A DNA stretch of 64,000 nucleotides, taken from assembly GCF_037042905.1 (NCBI RefSeq), contig NC_087245.1:1550001-1614000 (forward strand), in the 5' to 3' direction. Shown here piece by piece: positions 1 to 13,100 of this stretch. Position numbers and translations under genes: made by a program. The first letter of the stretch is position 1; each line of letters begins with the position of its first letter. Under the pieces are notes generated by a model. The model saw only the letters and a list, made by a program, of their open reading frames with translations, did no database searches and had not been told where the DNA came from. The stretch comes from Lytechinus pictus. Taxonomy: Eukaryota.

Positions 1-524
1 GCAAGGCAGGCGGCAAGGACGAGTCCAAGACGCCTAGCTTTGCTGTTGTTAGCGTTCGTGCAACCGCGCCGGCCGACTTCGTCTTCGATCTTCGAGCAAA
101 TTCCCCACCTGGCTGGGCCTTGGGCCCGTTTCCCAACACTGTCAGAAAGTCTAACTTCTTCTAAAGAACTAGGCATTGTCGCCTATACTTTTAGGCATTA
201 CATTGCAAAAGCCAAGGACAAGCAAGAAGGAATATTAGAAGAAAGGTTGATTTGAAGAAAGAATTAATTAGGAAAGAAAAGACCCCCAAGGCAAAACACT
301 TGGATGTCTTTTTAAAGATAGTGCACATTACATACTTAATGTAATAAGGGTGTCAAAAACACTAAAATATTGAAAAAAGGGTATCTATTTTCGCTAGGAA
401 AGCTACGTGTCGAGTGTTTAGGTCAAATTTGCGAGGGTCTAAAAATTAAGACTAAATTTTTTTGTAAAGGATGTACTTTTTGCCCCAAGTGTTTAGAGTA
501 TGATTTGTGCAAGGTGTGGGGGGT

Positions 525-1216
525 GAGTGAGCATAAACAATGTGAAAAAAGGATACCAAAAACTAATTTGGCGGGGGGTATCTGTATTTCAAATAGAAAA
601 TCACATGTCTAAAAAGTTCAATATCTGCTCTTTTATTTGATACCTCAATCACAGAAAATGGTGAAGAAGTAAAAAAATGCTGTTCCCTCAAAACAATGCT
701 TGTATTTCCATAATTTCATTAAATAAACGTGTTTTTACCGGTTTCCCTCAGAAGATCTCGCACGGTTACCAAAAGAGATTTAATGCATGGCTGATCGTCA
801 ACAAAAAGGAAATAAGTGAGTCTGAAGTTCAGACTCTGAACGCTAGCCTGTAAAAACTCTTCATTTTATGAAATTATTGAAATTCAAGCCTTATTTCAAA
901 TAAGCAGAACTTTGTAATTTCTTGACCATTTTCTGTAATTTAGTTATCAAATTAAAGAGCAGATATTGAACTTTTTAAAAATGTGGTTTTCTTTTTGAAA
1001 CCCAGATACAGCCCGCCAAGTGACTTTTTGGTATCCCCTCTTCAAATTGTTTTTGCTCACTCATGCGTGAATGAGAAATAATGTAAGCAATTTCAATTGA
1101 AAGAAGAGATTCTAAGCTTTACATTGGTAGGTCATTTGTCTATTGTATTTTTGATTAAGTTATGATAAAGTTAAACCATTGATAAATCTCGGTTTTTTTT
1201 TTAGTGGGACGCACTG
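525..1216. mobile_element. Truncated copy of the 59790-60603 MITE
   Basis: Colinear similarity ending GTGGGACGCACTG|TA. Confidence 0.8.
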
Positions 1217-4156
1217 TATACATGTACACCTATGCATACAACATACATTGTGTATCGAGGGCATGCAAGGCTGGGTGGAATTAAAACTTTCTGACCTCTT
1301 TTAGGTTGGTGTTTAATTGTGAATGTGATACATTAGTTTATTTTTGACAAATTATCTCGGTAACATTTTTTAAAACTGTATCAAGTATTTAAAAACAATT
1401 TTTATCATTATTATCTTGTCATTTTGTTACTATCACTTGCGTAATCGAGTTATCCCAAGTGTCTAATCGGGATCTGCTGAATATTCGATCAGTGTAAATT
1501 TTGCTAATAGATTTAATAGCGATCGGCGGCAAGCCATTCGATCAATCGATGTTTACTCCCAGGCCTAGTCTATATGAAACAAAGTATATCATAAATGAAT
1601 TTAAATCGATACTCATTAATCAAATGGGAAAATATGCAAAATACATGTAAATATGTACCTAATGTGTTACCATGATCATTTTAGATTTTTCATTTGTAAG
1701 AAATGTGTCAATTTATACCCAATATTAGATTGTAAAAAATAATACAATAATATAGGTTTAAGTGAGTGTGTTTGTAAAGAGAGACCGATAGAGCTGGGAG
1801 ATGGAATATGAGACGTAGAAGAAAAAGAGGAAAGCAAGAAAAAGGCAGGGAGGGGGAGATAAAAGAAAAAAGGGAAAGAGAATAGGGAGGAGAGAGAGAG
1901 GGGGATCATACCCGGCTATGCTTGAACAGTGTCCTAATGATTTTTGTGACAAATGGCAAGGCATGATAACTTAGAATTATAAAAATTACATGCATATAAT
2001 GTTCACATTTATTAGCTAAGAATAAACTTATCCGAACTGAGATGAGTGGATACAGGAAATGAATTGGAAAGCAGATAGGAATAGAAATAGTGGAAGAGAG
2101 AGAGAGAAAGAGAAGTAAAGATATTGATGGTGGAAGAGAAACAGAGAAAAAGGTCACATTTTTTCATACATACTGCAGTAATACATATTTTGGCAATTTT
2201 TGTGATTTCAATTGAAATTTTAAATTAATTGAGCATCAGTGAATAATTGCTCATATGAAAGAAAAACGTTTTGATTAACAAAGGCAAATCAAATGAAATT
2301 TGAGTTTGCCAACATAAAAAGACCACAACATCAGAATCATGTAATCGGCATTTTACAAAAACAACAATCTTCTAATGATAATAACTTTTTTTCAATTTTG
2401 GATGCAGGCCGCACTCATTAAGGGTATAAAAAACACCAATTTAAAAAAAAGGGTGGTTCTGAAAGAATGGTCAATCGCGGGGTCAAATGTATTGAGGGTA
2501 TTTTTTTTTTAAGACTAGCCAAATGTGTTTCGAGTATGTTTTTTCTCCAAGCTTTTGCCCCGCGGCTTTTCCTCTTGTTTCTGGAAAGTATTTTGTTTCT
2601 TCCCGATTGTACAAACCTTGTTTAGGGGCCAAAATGTGTAAATGAAGCCCGCGAAAAACTTGTTTAGGGGGTTATTTTGCACACAGAGAAAAACTCGTTT
2701 AGGGGGTGTTTGGATATAATTTGGTCACACATGTGTACAGCAATACATTTGACTGGCCCCCGGGAATCGTCACGGCACACAGTACACAAACGCACCTTTT
2801 TTTTTAAAGCTAGCTTTCTTCCCACTACGTATAAGTTTGCACCAATCACAACAAGACTCAAAACAAAGGCTGAAACAATTAGATGTGAAAACTCAATAAC
2901 TTGCTCCTCCGATCACATCAGCAAATCAGTACGGTAATCTGAAAATCAATATAATTAAAAATATCTCCTGCCGATTTTGTGATTATTTTGGTGGATAAAA
3001 TATTTTTTATGTGAGATTGTTCACTCTGATTCAGAGTTTGATCATTGTGCCGATGCAGTATTGAGAACCAATCAATTTGCTCCTGCCTGCGTGGCAGGTG
3101 GGAGTTCCGGCCATCAGCTACATGTATGTATGCTGACTTTGTGTGTAGATCAAAGGAAATGGCGCAAACTGGCGTGCAATTTGAATTGAGGAAAGTTGTT
3201 AACTTTGTTTTTTCTCTCTCTCTCTTCTGTATTTTTTCTTTTTGAAATTTGGGAAAACTTTGTAAAATTTCTTTTAACATTGAGAATTTTGCTTGCCAGA
3301 TTTGGGCAATTAGTTTTTGTCTTTACTACAAAACACTTGCCCGACTTTAATTTTTACTTGCTCTGGGCAATCGGGCAAGCGCTCATGTCACACCCTGTTT
3401 TAGGGATATATGCTTGATTATTTTACCCTGTCTGTTTCTATTATTAGAGAAACGCAACCGGAATTCGACATGTGCCTCCATTCGACATGGCAAACCCATT
3501 TCACAATCCAGCACATTCCTTCACCACAACACCCTCAAAAACACACTCCAAACACATTTTTATAACACAGGCACTTTCACTTACCCCATGAAAGTCCGGA
3601 TTTTAACTCCAAAATCCCCTTTAAAAATTTAAATATTTCTGTTAAAAATAAGGAATTTTTGCCATATTCCAGAGCATGCGTTGATTTAACTCAGATTAAA
3701 GAAGCGGGGTTGCCGAAAAATGTGCTAAAAAGGGAAAAATCTATTTTTTTGTTCTAAGCTCGCAAACGTCTTCGCAAATTTAGGATCGCATCTCCAAAAT
3801 CACTTATCAAAAAATAAAAATGGAGAAAGGGTAACACATTGAATTTGCACAGAAATCAAGTTAACAGCAGACTAGTGACAGGCACAGGCCTCTATTCAAC
3901 ATGGGGTTAGAGCATGATGGGGGAGTGAATGGATGGCAGGTCTTATGACATAGTGATTATAGTAATTAGAGAGCTAAAGGTATTTCAAATAGGCACAATT
4001 AGCAATGTCAATGATGTGTCATCGTACAATTTCCTCCAGATTTATCATAAAACTGATCCCTACTCAACGAAGATTTGTATTGTATATGCTTGCATTTTCT
4101 GTGGAATTGAGGCATTTATGAACTTTTAAACCTTGACTATTTCCTCTATATCACAG

Positions 4157-7100
4157 TATTGTCTGTCTGAGCAACCTAGTGCACCATGTCTTCTATTGAC
4201 TTTCAAAGGGACAACGATTCTTCTAGACTGTAGTCTAGACCTTGGCAGTCTTCAGCATTTCCTTCCAATGCCTCTGGTTCCAAGGTAATTTTAATCATCC
4301 TCATCTCTGATTATATCTTCATCATATGGGGATGGATCTAGGATTTTCCAAAGTGGAAAGGGGCACTTTAAGAAAAGAATCAACAATAAGGGCCTGGGGG
4401 GACACATGCCCCTTTTGCCACTCCCTGGATTATATATATCCTGATATCATCATCTCAAGAAGAAAGCCATCATCTATATTCAAAATGTTTATTCTGAAAA
4501 TGACAATCAACTCATGCATTCATTGGTCTGCATATTGAATAGAAAAGCAAAGCTGCAATGCATACTTATGTGTCATGATGCATAAAATGAAAATACCTAC
4601 ACATCCAAATACATATGCACTGTAATACCAAAATATTTTATCACCAGTGTAGATGAGATAATTGCTGAAGTCAATATCTGATTGACTGAATTCCCTCATC
4701 GAGCAACATGAAGTTTATTGATTTCATTTTATAATAATTTCTTCTCTCATCCCTTTATTCTTGTAGCACCCAGTTTTCAAAAATGCCAAATTGGAAGCCA
4801 AGTGAGAAAGGCCATGGACTTGCACATTCAAAGGTATGAAGAATTAAAGAGGAAGGGAAGGGGGAAAATGAAATAAATAATTGTGAATGATATATAATAA
4901 TGTTCAATTTTTATTTTGAGGACTAACAATATTTAGTTTTCAACTATTAAATGTAAATCTTTGATACTAATGCATGTATCTTTTGTACTTTGTTGAAAGT
5001 GAAAGTTGGATTGTCATTCTTAAAGCTAACAAACTGAAAGGTTCTCTTGGTGAAAAATAACAAATTTAATGATTGAACTTTATTTTGTCTCTACCAAAAT
5101 GATTTGCTGATCACTTTGTACAGGAGCTGAAGGAGTGCAGTGGACGGGTGTTTGTTGATGCCACACCAGAAGTTTGTACTCCAGAGGTAAATATACATCT
5201 GTTGATACATAGAAAAGTATTGGAAAGATATAGTGATGGATTAACATGCAGTCTACTAGAACAGAATGAGCATTCTATAAAGCCTACTAGAAAAGCAGAA
5301 TTCAGTAGCCTACAAGTTATATAGTAAAGGTGAATTATAAACTTGACATCAGGAATAATAAACAGGATTTAAAATGATACCAGGATGTAAAGATTTTTAA
5401 CTACAGACATAGAATGGGAATAAATATGCATGCAATGTGGTGATTTATGTTTCACTGGAGGGGTGTCAAAACCTTGTATCTCAATATATTTCACCTTCCA
5501 CCCAAACCAACAGTAAGTCACCCAAAATGATTTTTTAGATTTTTATTGTTTTTATATAAAGCACATTCTAAGATTTTAAATGGTATAAGTTGTCAAAGTT
5601 GAACAACAAACCAATACTTTGAAATTTCATGGATCTAGTTCCTGAAACTTGGACATAAGAGCAATCAAGTATCCCTGAGCACCCTATGCGAGTTTCAGGT
5701 CACATGACCAAGGTTAAAGGTCACTTATGGTTACAAACTTTGGCCATGTTGGGGCTATTTGTGGAATTGTCATTATGGATCTAGTGCATGAAACTTGGAC
5801 ATATAGGCAACAATGTATCCCCAAATATCCTGTGCGAGTTTCAGGTCACATGACCAAGGTCAAAGGTCATTTAGAGTCAACAACCTTTGGTAATGTTGTG
5901 GGTATTTGTGGAATTGTCATCATAACTTGAAAAGTTTATGGATCTAGTTTATGAAACTTGGACATAAGATAAACGATGTATCCCTGATTATATGACTATG
6001 ATAAAAGATCATTTAAGGTCAATGAACCTTGGCCTTGTTGGGGGTATTTGTTGAATTAGCATCAAAACTTTAAAAGTTTATGGATCTATTTCATGAATCA
6101 TAGACATACTGTACATGTAATCAAGTGTGAATGCTTGTTTTGCACACGTTTTAGGTCACATGATTATGGAAAAAGATCATTTTGGGTCAATGGACATAGT
6201 ATAATATTATATTATGAACGTTTTCTTTTGTGAATAATTATTGAATAGCTGTTTTCAAAGTCAGCAATGCTGCTATATCGAATCGTGTAATGCAGGTGAG
6301 ACTGCTAGAGGCGTTACACTTGTATATTTTGTATATTTTGTGATGCAAGATTTTAACAGCCCAGAAAGGTGAATTATTGTTCGGATGTTTATGAGTGTGT
6401 TTGTTTTTTGTGGTTCCTACTGTGCTCAAGATATGGATATGCTTTGCATCATTAGAGATGATGGTTAATTTGTGATATTTAATATACAAGAGATGTACAA
6501 ATACTACATTTGAATTATCATTTTACCTTTAATGTACAAATCAATCCCTTGTTATTCATTTTATAAGTTTCACATGTTATGAACAAGTTTCTGAGATTTG
6601 ACTGCTTTTATCTAGTGAACTTTGTATGAAAAATTGTAACATTAAGACAATTTTAATTTTGATCTTTTTTTTATTCATAGTTTGGAATGATTGACATGTC
6701 AACGGTAGATGCCATATTGATTTCTAACTATCATTGTATGCTTGGACTACCATTCATTACAGAGGTAAGATACACCAAACCTTTTGAACTGTAGTATGGT
6801 GTAGTGTTATAGAGGTAAGATACACCAAACCTTTTGAACTGTATAATATGGTGTAGTGTTATAGAGGTAAGATACACCAAACCTTTAGTATGGTGTAATG
6901 TTATAGAGGTAAGATTTACCAAACCTTTAGTTCTGTAGTATGGTGCAGTGTTATAGAGGTAAGATACACCAAACCTTTAGTATTGGAGTATGGTGCAATG
7001 TTATAGAAGTTAGATACACCAAACCTTTAGTACTGTAGTATGGTGTAGTGGTACAGAGGTAAACCTTTAGTACTGTAGTATGGTGCAATGTCATAGAGGT

Positions 7101-10100
7101 AAGATTCACCAAACATTTAGTAGTTTAGTATGGTGCAGTGTTGCAAAGGTAAGGTACACCAAGCCTTTAGTAATGTAGTACAGTGCAGTGTTTTGGATCT
7201 AGGTTAGATACACTAAACATTTAGTACTGTAGTATGGTCTAGTGTTATAGAGGTAAGATTGACCAAATCTATAGTACTGTACTGTAGTATGATGAGGTGC
7301 TATAGAGGTAAGATACACTAAACATGTAGTACATTCGATGCAGTGTTTTAGAGGTAACATCCACCAAACATTTAGTATTGTGGTATGGTGCAATGTTTAA
7401 AAGAGCTAAGATATGCCAAATATTTTTACTGTAATTTAGTGTATGTTATAGAGGTAATATTCACTAAACATCTAGTTGTATAGTATAATACAGAAATAAG
7501 ATACACCAAAATTTTAGTTCTGCAAATGACTTAGTGATGGTTAATGTTTGTTATTTCTCTGATTTCTAAGAAGCATTATTGCTTGTTTATAAACAATCAG
7601 AGGTCGAATAGCTTCATTTCCTATCCGAGGGACCTGCTATTAGGATCAGTACCTTGCCAAAGGACACTTACGTATTGCGCTTAACTCCCACTTTCTCTCA
7701 ATATCTTGACAAATTTCAACATCTTGAACAGTATAGATATGTAATACTGTATTTAATTTATATTTCTAGTTTTTGGTGATTAGTAGTAATGGACAGGATG
7801 TGATGTGAAGTGAATTCCTAACTACAATTTTTCTATGTTCTCTACTTATTCTACTCACCAACTGTCTGACTTATGATCCAAAATGGCACACTTGAGTTGA
7901 TTCACGGAGTCCATGAATTAAGCTTCAAAGATAATATGGAAGCTAGCGATTGCGATGGTATATGAGCGATTTAGTCCGTTGAGGGCGTGCAACGAATCGC
8001 GACTAGAGCTCTAGTTGATGACCGAACCGCGGAAGATATTAATCACTGCGAAAGTGAAGTCCAAAGTTATTGCACAATCCCAACACAATTAATAGAAAAC
8101 TTGTCGCGCTATCTTGTCCGCGAAAAAGAAGAAAATGAAGTTGAAGCTCCTCTATGGCACACGGAAAACGCGAATAAAATAATCCACAGGTATGTCCACA
8201 GATGAAAAGTTGAACTCAGAAATGCAGAACTATATAACTCCAATATATAGATATCCAAGTGTATAAATCCAGTTATGGGTGTATATAAAATCCAAGAATG
8301 GTCTAATTGTAAAACCACGAGGTTTAGCGACTTTCTTCAATAAACGCGTGACCACGAAGTTGACTCCTCGAGATCAAAGGTAGAAGTGAGGCAAAAACGT
8401 TTCCACAGAAAATGCTCCGAGATAAGCCACGCCTTGAACTGAAATGATTGGTTGAATAAAAGTTTGTTGACCATAAACAAAAGCTGTCATTCGTTGATGG
8501 ATTGTAAACAAAACTTGATTGGCTGTTCAGAAGTCTACAAGGCATGGAGCTTTGGAATAAGCGTACATGTCAAAAAGTATTACAAAACATGAAATGTTCG
8601 TACGCTTACTAATATGTGAAAACACATGATTTACAAAGGTGAATGGACTTTATAGAAAATTAAGTTCTGTATAATTTGACGAAAATGTGAAGTTGCTACA
8701 GGTGTATTTCTTGTTGTGCTATCTAATGTTATTTTTTATCATTATATATAGTGTATAAATTATCAATATAATTACAAATCTGACAATCTGCTTCTATTAT
8801 TATGTTAGTTATACTGCATGATATTTCAATTTTCCAAGTAGAATAAGAATATTATTAATGATAAATAACGGATTATGCTCTTTTCTTGCAATTGTCTCAA
8901 AATTAAAATAGATTATATGATATCCTTATCATTCAGTTTACAGGTTTCAAAGGTGTCATATATGCAACAGAACCAACCATTCAAATTGGCAGGTACAGAG
9001 TAAACTTTTTTTTCTTTTTGACAAGTGCACACACATTATTACCAAGAATACTTTCTTGTATTTTCATTTATTTGAATATAGGATAAAAGAGCACAGTTGA
9101 TTAAATAGCTTGTTCTAGGGCACAGGTGCCGTGGCAGGGTATTGAACCACAGACTTTCATGTGTCAAAGTCTTATACATATACCTCTGGGCCCAGGGCAT
9201 TTCTACTTCAGAGTGAAGTGAACAATTCAAACTGTCATAGAATTCTCTAGGAAAGATGCAACAAGAATAACCATGTAAGGTTAATGTAAAGATGATTTAG
9301 AGTATTTCTGTGCTTTATATGATGAATGCACAATATTTGTGAGCGGGATGGTGCTATTCAGTGCTATGATAGCAACACTTTGACTTAAAAAACCACTGTG
9401 ATGATTCAGCAGACTTCTGATAATCTGCTGACCATGTGAGAATCATTGTGAAGGAATGCTCCCATGGGAGTGGAGAAGGTGCATAAATTGTGTGTGGGCA
9501 AGTCAGAATTAAATGACCAGGTTGATAATATACATGTGTCTGTAAAGCACTTAGAGAAATTGCTCTGATTTATTATGGAATATTATTATTATCAAACAAA
9601 AGTAATGTAATTCCTGCTTTTTATTCACCAAGAAACTGCCTATTTCCAAACAAAGTTTACTGAGTTGATTTGTCAGTTGTCTTTCTTTTTATCCTCCAAA
9701 TGACTCTATTATGGATGATGATGATGATCCACAGCTTTTATATTGTGCCATATTTCTGTTAAAAAACATTCATGGGTGCAGGCTACCGGTAATCCATTTT
9801 AAGCTTATTACTGCACATATTTCAATGATATAGGCAAATGATGGAAGAGCTTGTTGAGTATATGGAAAGAGTTCCCAAGAAGCAATCATCCTCCCCCTGG
9901 AAGAAACCAGACTTACTGAAATCACTCCCTGCTCCGCTCAAAGATGTTAAATGGCTTGGGTGCTGGAAGAAGTGCTACAGTAAACATGATGTGAATGCCT
10001 GTCTATCTAAAATTACCAATGCAGCATTCTCAGAAAAGCTGGTTAGTGTTTTATAATTCATTTATCAATTTCATTTCCATTCAACAGGGAAGCCCCATCA

Positions 10101-13100
10101 GCAATACTGTTATACAAAAGGGCCTTGAAATTGGATGTGGTTTTAATAAAGTCAAAATTTTGCAATGGAAGCACCATTAGTATTAAAAAGCATTCACTTT
10201 GATAGATTGACAGTTTGATGCTATTAAATAGGTTTATGATTCCTTCCTTACAACGTATATTCTGTCCTGGAAAGTGATTATATTCAATTGACTCTCATGC
10301 TCATTCAGTTTGAATGCTTGCCTGGCTTGTAACATCTTGGAATAGTCTTAATACTTTAGATCAAGAAAATATGTTGAAGAAACATTGAACAAGTTTACAA
10401 TATTTTAATTCTTGGTAGTGGTTCATATCAGAATCTCTTTGAATCTATCTCGGATTCCATCTTACAAATATTAGTGCTTTATCAATTAAATCAGTTGCTT
10501 CTTTAAGACTAGTTTTGTAAACTTTTTGTTATACTGTAGAGACAGGAGTTGATAGTGATTGATCCGAATTATACCTTACCATGTATCAAGACTCTACCAT
10601 GTCATGGCAATGTTTGTCAGTGGGATATCAATGATACCATTTACATAATGATCTATTTGTGTCAACTTGCCTACATTTCCAATATTACTGCTTCTATTAT
10701 GATGTTTGTAGAAAATTCAGACCCTTTTTGTTTTTCTAATTTCTTTATTTGTTAAATGTGCTTTGTATTCTTATAAAAAGCACTTTATAAATGAAATGTA
10801 TTATTTTGCATTGTTATTTGTTTTGTGTTTATATTAGAGTTTATATGGAGCCCTGACGTTAGTTCCATTGAGTTCTGGTTTCTGTCTAGGAAGTTGTAAC
10901 TGGATCATCAGCTCAGCTTATGAAAAGGTGAATCTATCCACAAGATATGGACCATAGTCCCTTCTATTGATCCGTATGAGGACGGAAGAAAATAATTCAA
11001 CCTGATTTCTTGAAATATCCATTATGATGCAATGTCTGTAGTAATATTAACTCATATTATGAATGTCACCATATTTTGAAACTTCTGCATAATTTTACAT
11101 TATATTTAATTCTGTCCATCGCTTGTTATGATGGCAATTTTTTTAATGAAGAATGTTTATGTGATACTGTACACAGTGCCTTGTCTTGCTTTGGATTAGT
11201 ACAACAAAAGACTTACCAGTATTGCATATTTATACAACTGTCTTGTATAATATCATGTCTGATCATATTTAGATGATATTAAATAGATTTTTAAAATTCT
11301 GAATATTATTTAATTGAGGTTGTTATCTGAGTTGCTATTCAGAGAGAGTGGACCATAGCCCCTTGGTCAGTGATGGCAACCATTGGTTAGCCCTTTCTAG
11401 TTATCTGACCTTTAACCTTTGTTATCTGATAGGTATCGTATGTATCGGCATCGTCCTTTCTCACCACACATTCTATGCCCATCAACCAAGACCCATTAAA
11501 GAACAGTGATGTCATTGTACTGACAGGACTCACACAGACTCCAGCACACAATCCTGATAGCATGTTGGGAGAGTTCTGCAGCACACTCAGTAAGTCTAAT
11601 ATCAGCCAATCAGATGCATGGATATCAGTAGCTTATAACAGTTGTCAGTGAAAATCATTGAATATTTTTGTCTTATACAATGCTCCTTATATATCTCCTG
11701 GTTGTCTGCAGCTGACCATGATGGACTAAAGATGTTGATCAGTCAAATCCTGCTTCCTTTCTGTCTTATCATGGATATGCAATCAATTGTTCATTCAATC
11801 AACATACTTTATGAATTAAAAATATAAAAACCTGGAAAAGTACCTTTCTTATAATATCTGTGAATGGAGTTTAGGTTATACTGTCATTGACAACAGAGGA
11901 GTTCATTAAATACTGAATTTGAAAAATGCCATAAACTAAAGCTGTATGTCAGAAATTAATTTTTCTCCATTTTACATAATTTTATGGATTGATTGAGACA
12001 TATTGATGCATCAGAACAGAATGTTCTCAATGTTCATTTCATTTCAAATTTATTATTTTATAATTATTATTCTATGTCATGTGAGATAATGATACCCATT
12101 GTCTTTACCCCTATCTAGCCATGACAATCAAGAGTGGAGGAAATGTCTTAGTCCCATGCTATCCTTCTGGTGTGATCTACGATCTATTTGAATGTCTTGC
12201 CGGTTACATGGAGAGTGTAGGTTTGATGCAAACACCTCTCTATTTCATCTCACCTGTAGCAGACAGTTCCTTAGCTTTCTCACAGATACTCTCAGAATGG
12301 TATGCATACCTGCCAACCATTCCGATTTTGGCGGAATTATACCGATTTTTTAGCCTCCATTCCGAATTCCGAATTTTTAAACCGAAATTCCGATTTTTGG
12401 GTCAATCAATATAGTGTTGAAATTATTGAAACGGCTGTATGATGCGAATAACGCATAAGCGGCTGTAACATACGACTAACGCATAAACAACTGGAGCGCA
12501 CGGCTAAGTGCTAAGTGCACAGTTCCATTGCAATTGCATGTGAAAATTACGAGCAGCGCGCGGCCGATATTAGCGTTGACTTCCGGAACAAAATGGCGGC
12601 TGACATCGGCTCGCGAAAGTGCCAGTTTTCAGTGAGGACACGTTTTCAAAATCCACGAACATCGGAAAAACCGTGAAAAATTCACTTTTTTAGACCCCTT
12701 GTTTCCTAACTACGATGTATAGAATTAACGATGGTGATATTTTTGACGCGAAATATGGTGATTTAGTAAGAAAATTTCACTTTTTATTCGAGGTTTTGCC
12801 CTTTTCGCCGGATGATTTTGTATTGTGGAATGAGTTAGTGAATGAGTCGTGTTTTGGTGTCTAGAGTGTGTTGGTAATATCATTGATGAGTCTGCTGACC
12901 GGCTGCTTAAATTACCCGGCCGCTCGGCCGGCCGCGCCGTGCACATGGGGAGGCTCTGCTGCAGTTACTCAAGTTAGATCTATCCCTACGCAATGTTAAA
13001 ATTGATCTGTACTTTATTTTTTCGAATAATTGTCAAATTTGTGAGAAAGAAAGGAAATTATCAACTTTCGAGTCAAGTTGAGCCATCGGAGCTGAACGCC

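Noticed and set aside
1..4156. Search for INTS9 first coding exon and short ORFs such as 40-255
   Set aside because: No convincing ATG-exon with donor found; the region is mostly repeat fragments and the short ORFs lack recognisable similarity.
7845..8847. Possible ~1-kb element bounded by CTTATTCTACT / AGTAGAATAAG
   Set aside because: Only an 11-bp inverted match, with no clear TSD and no second copy in the window; not enough to call.
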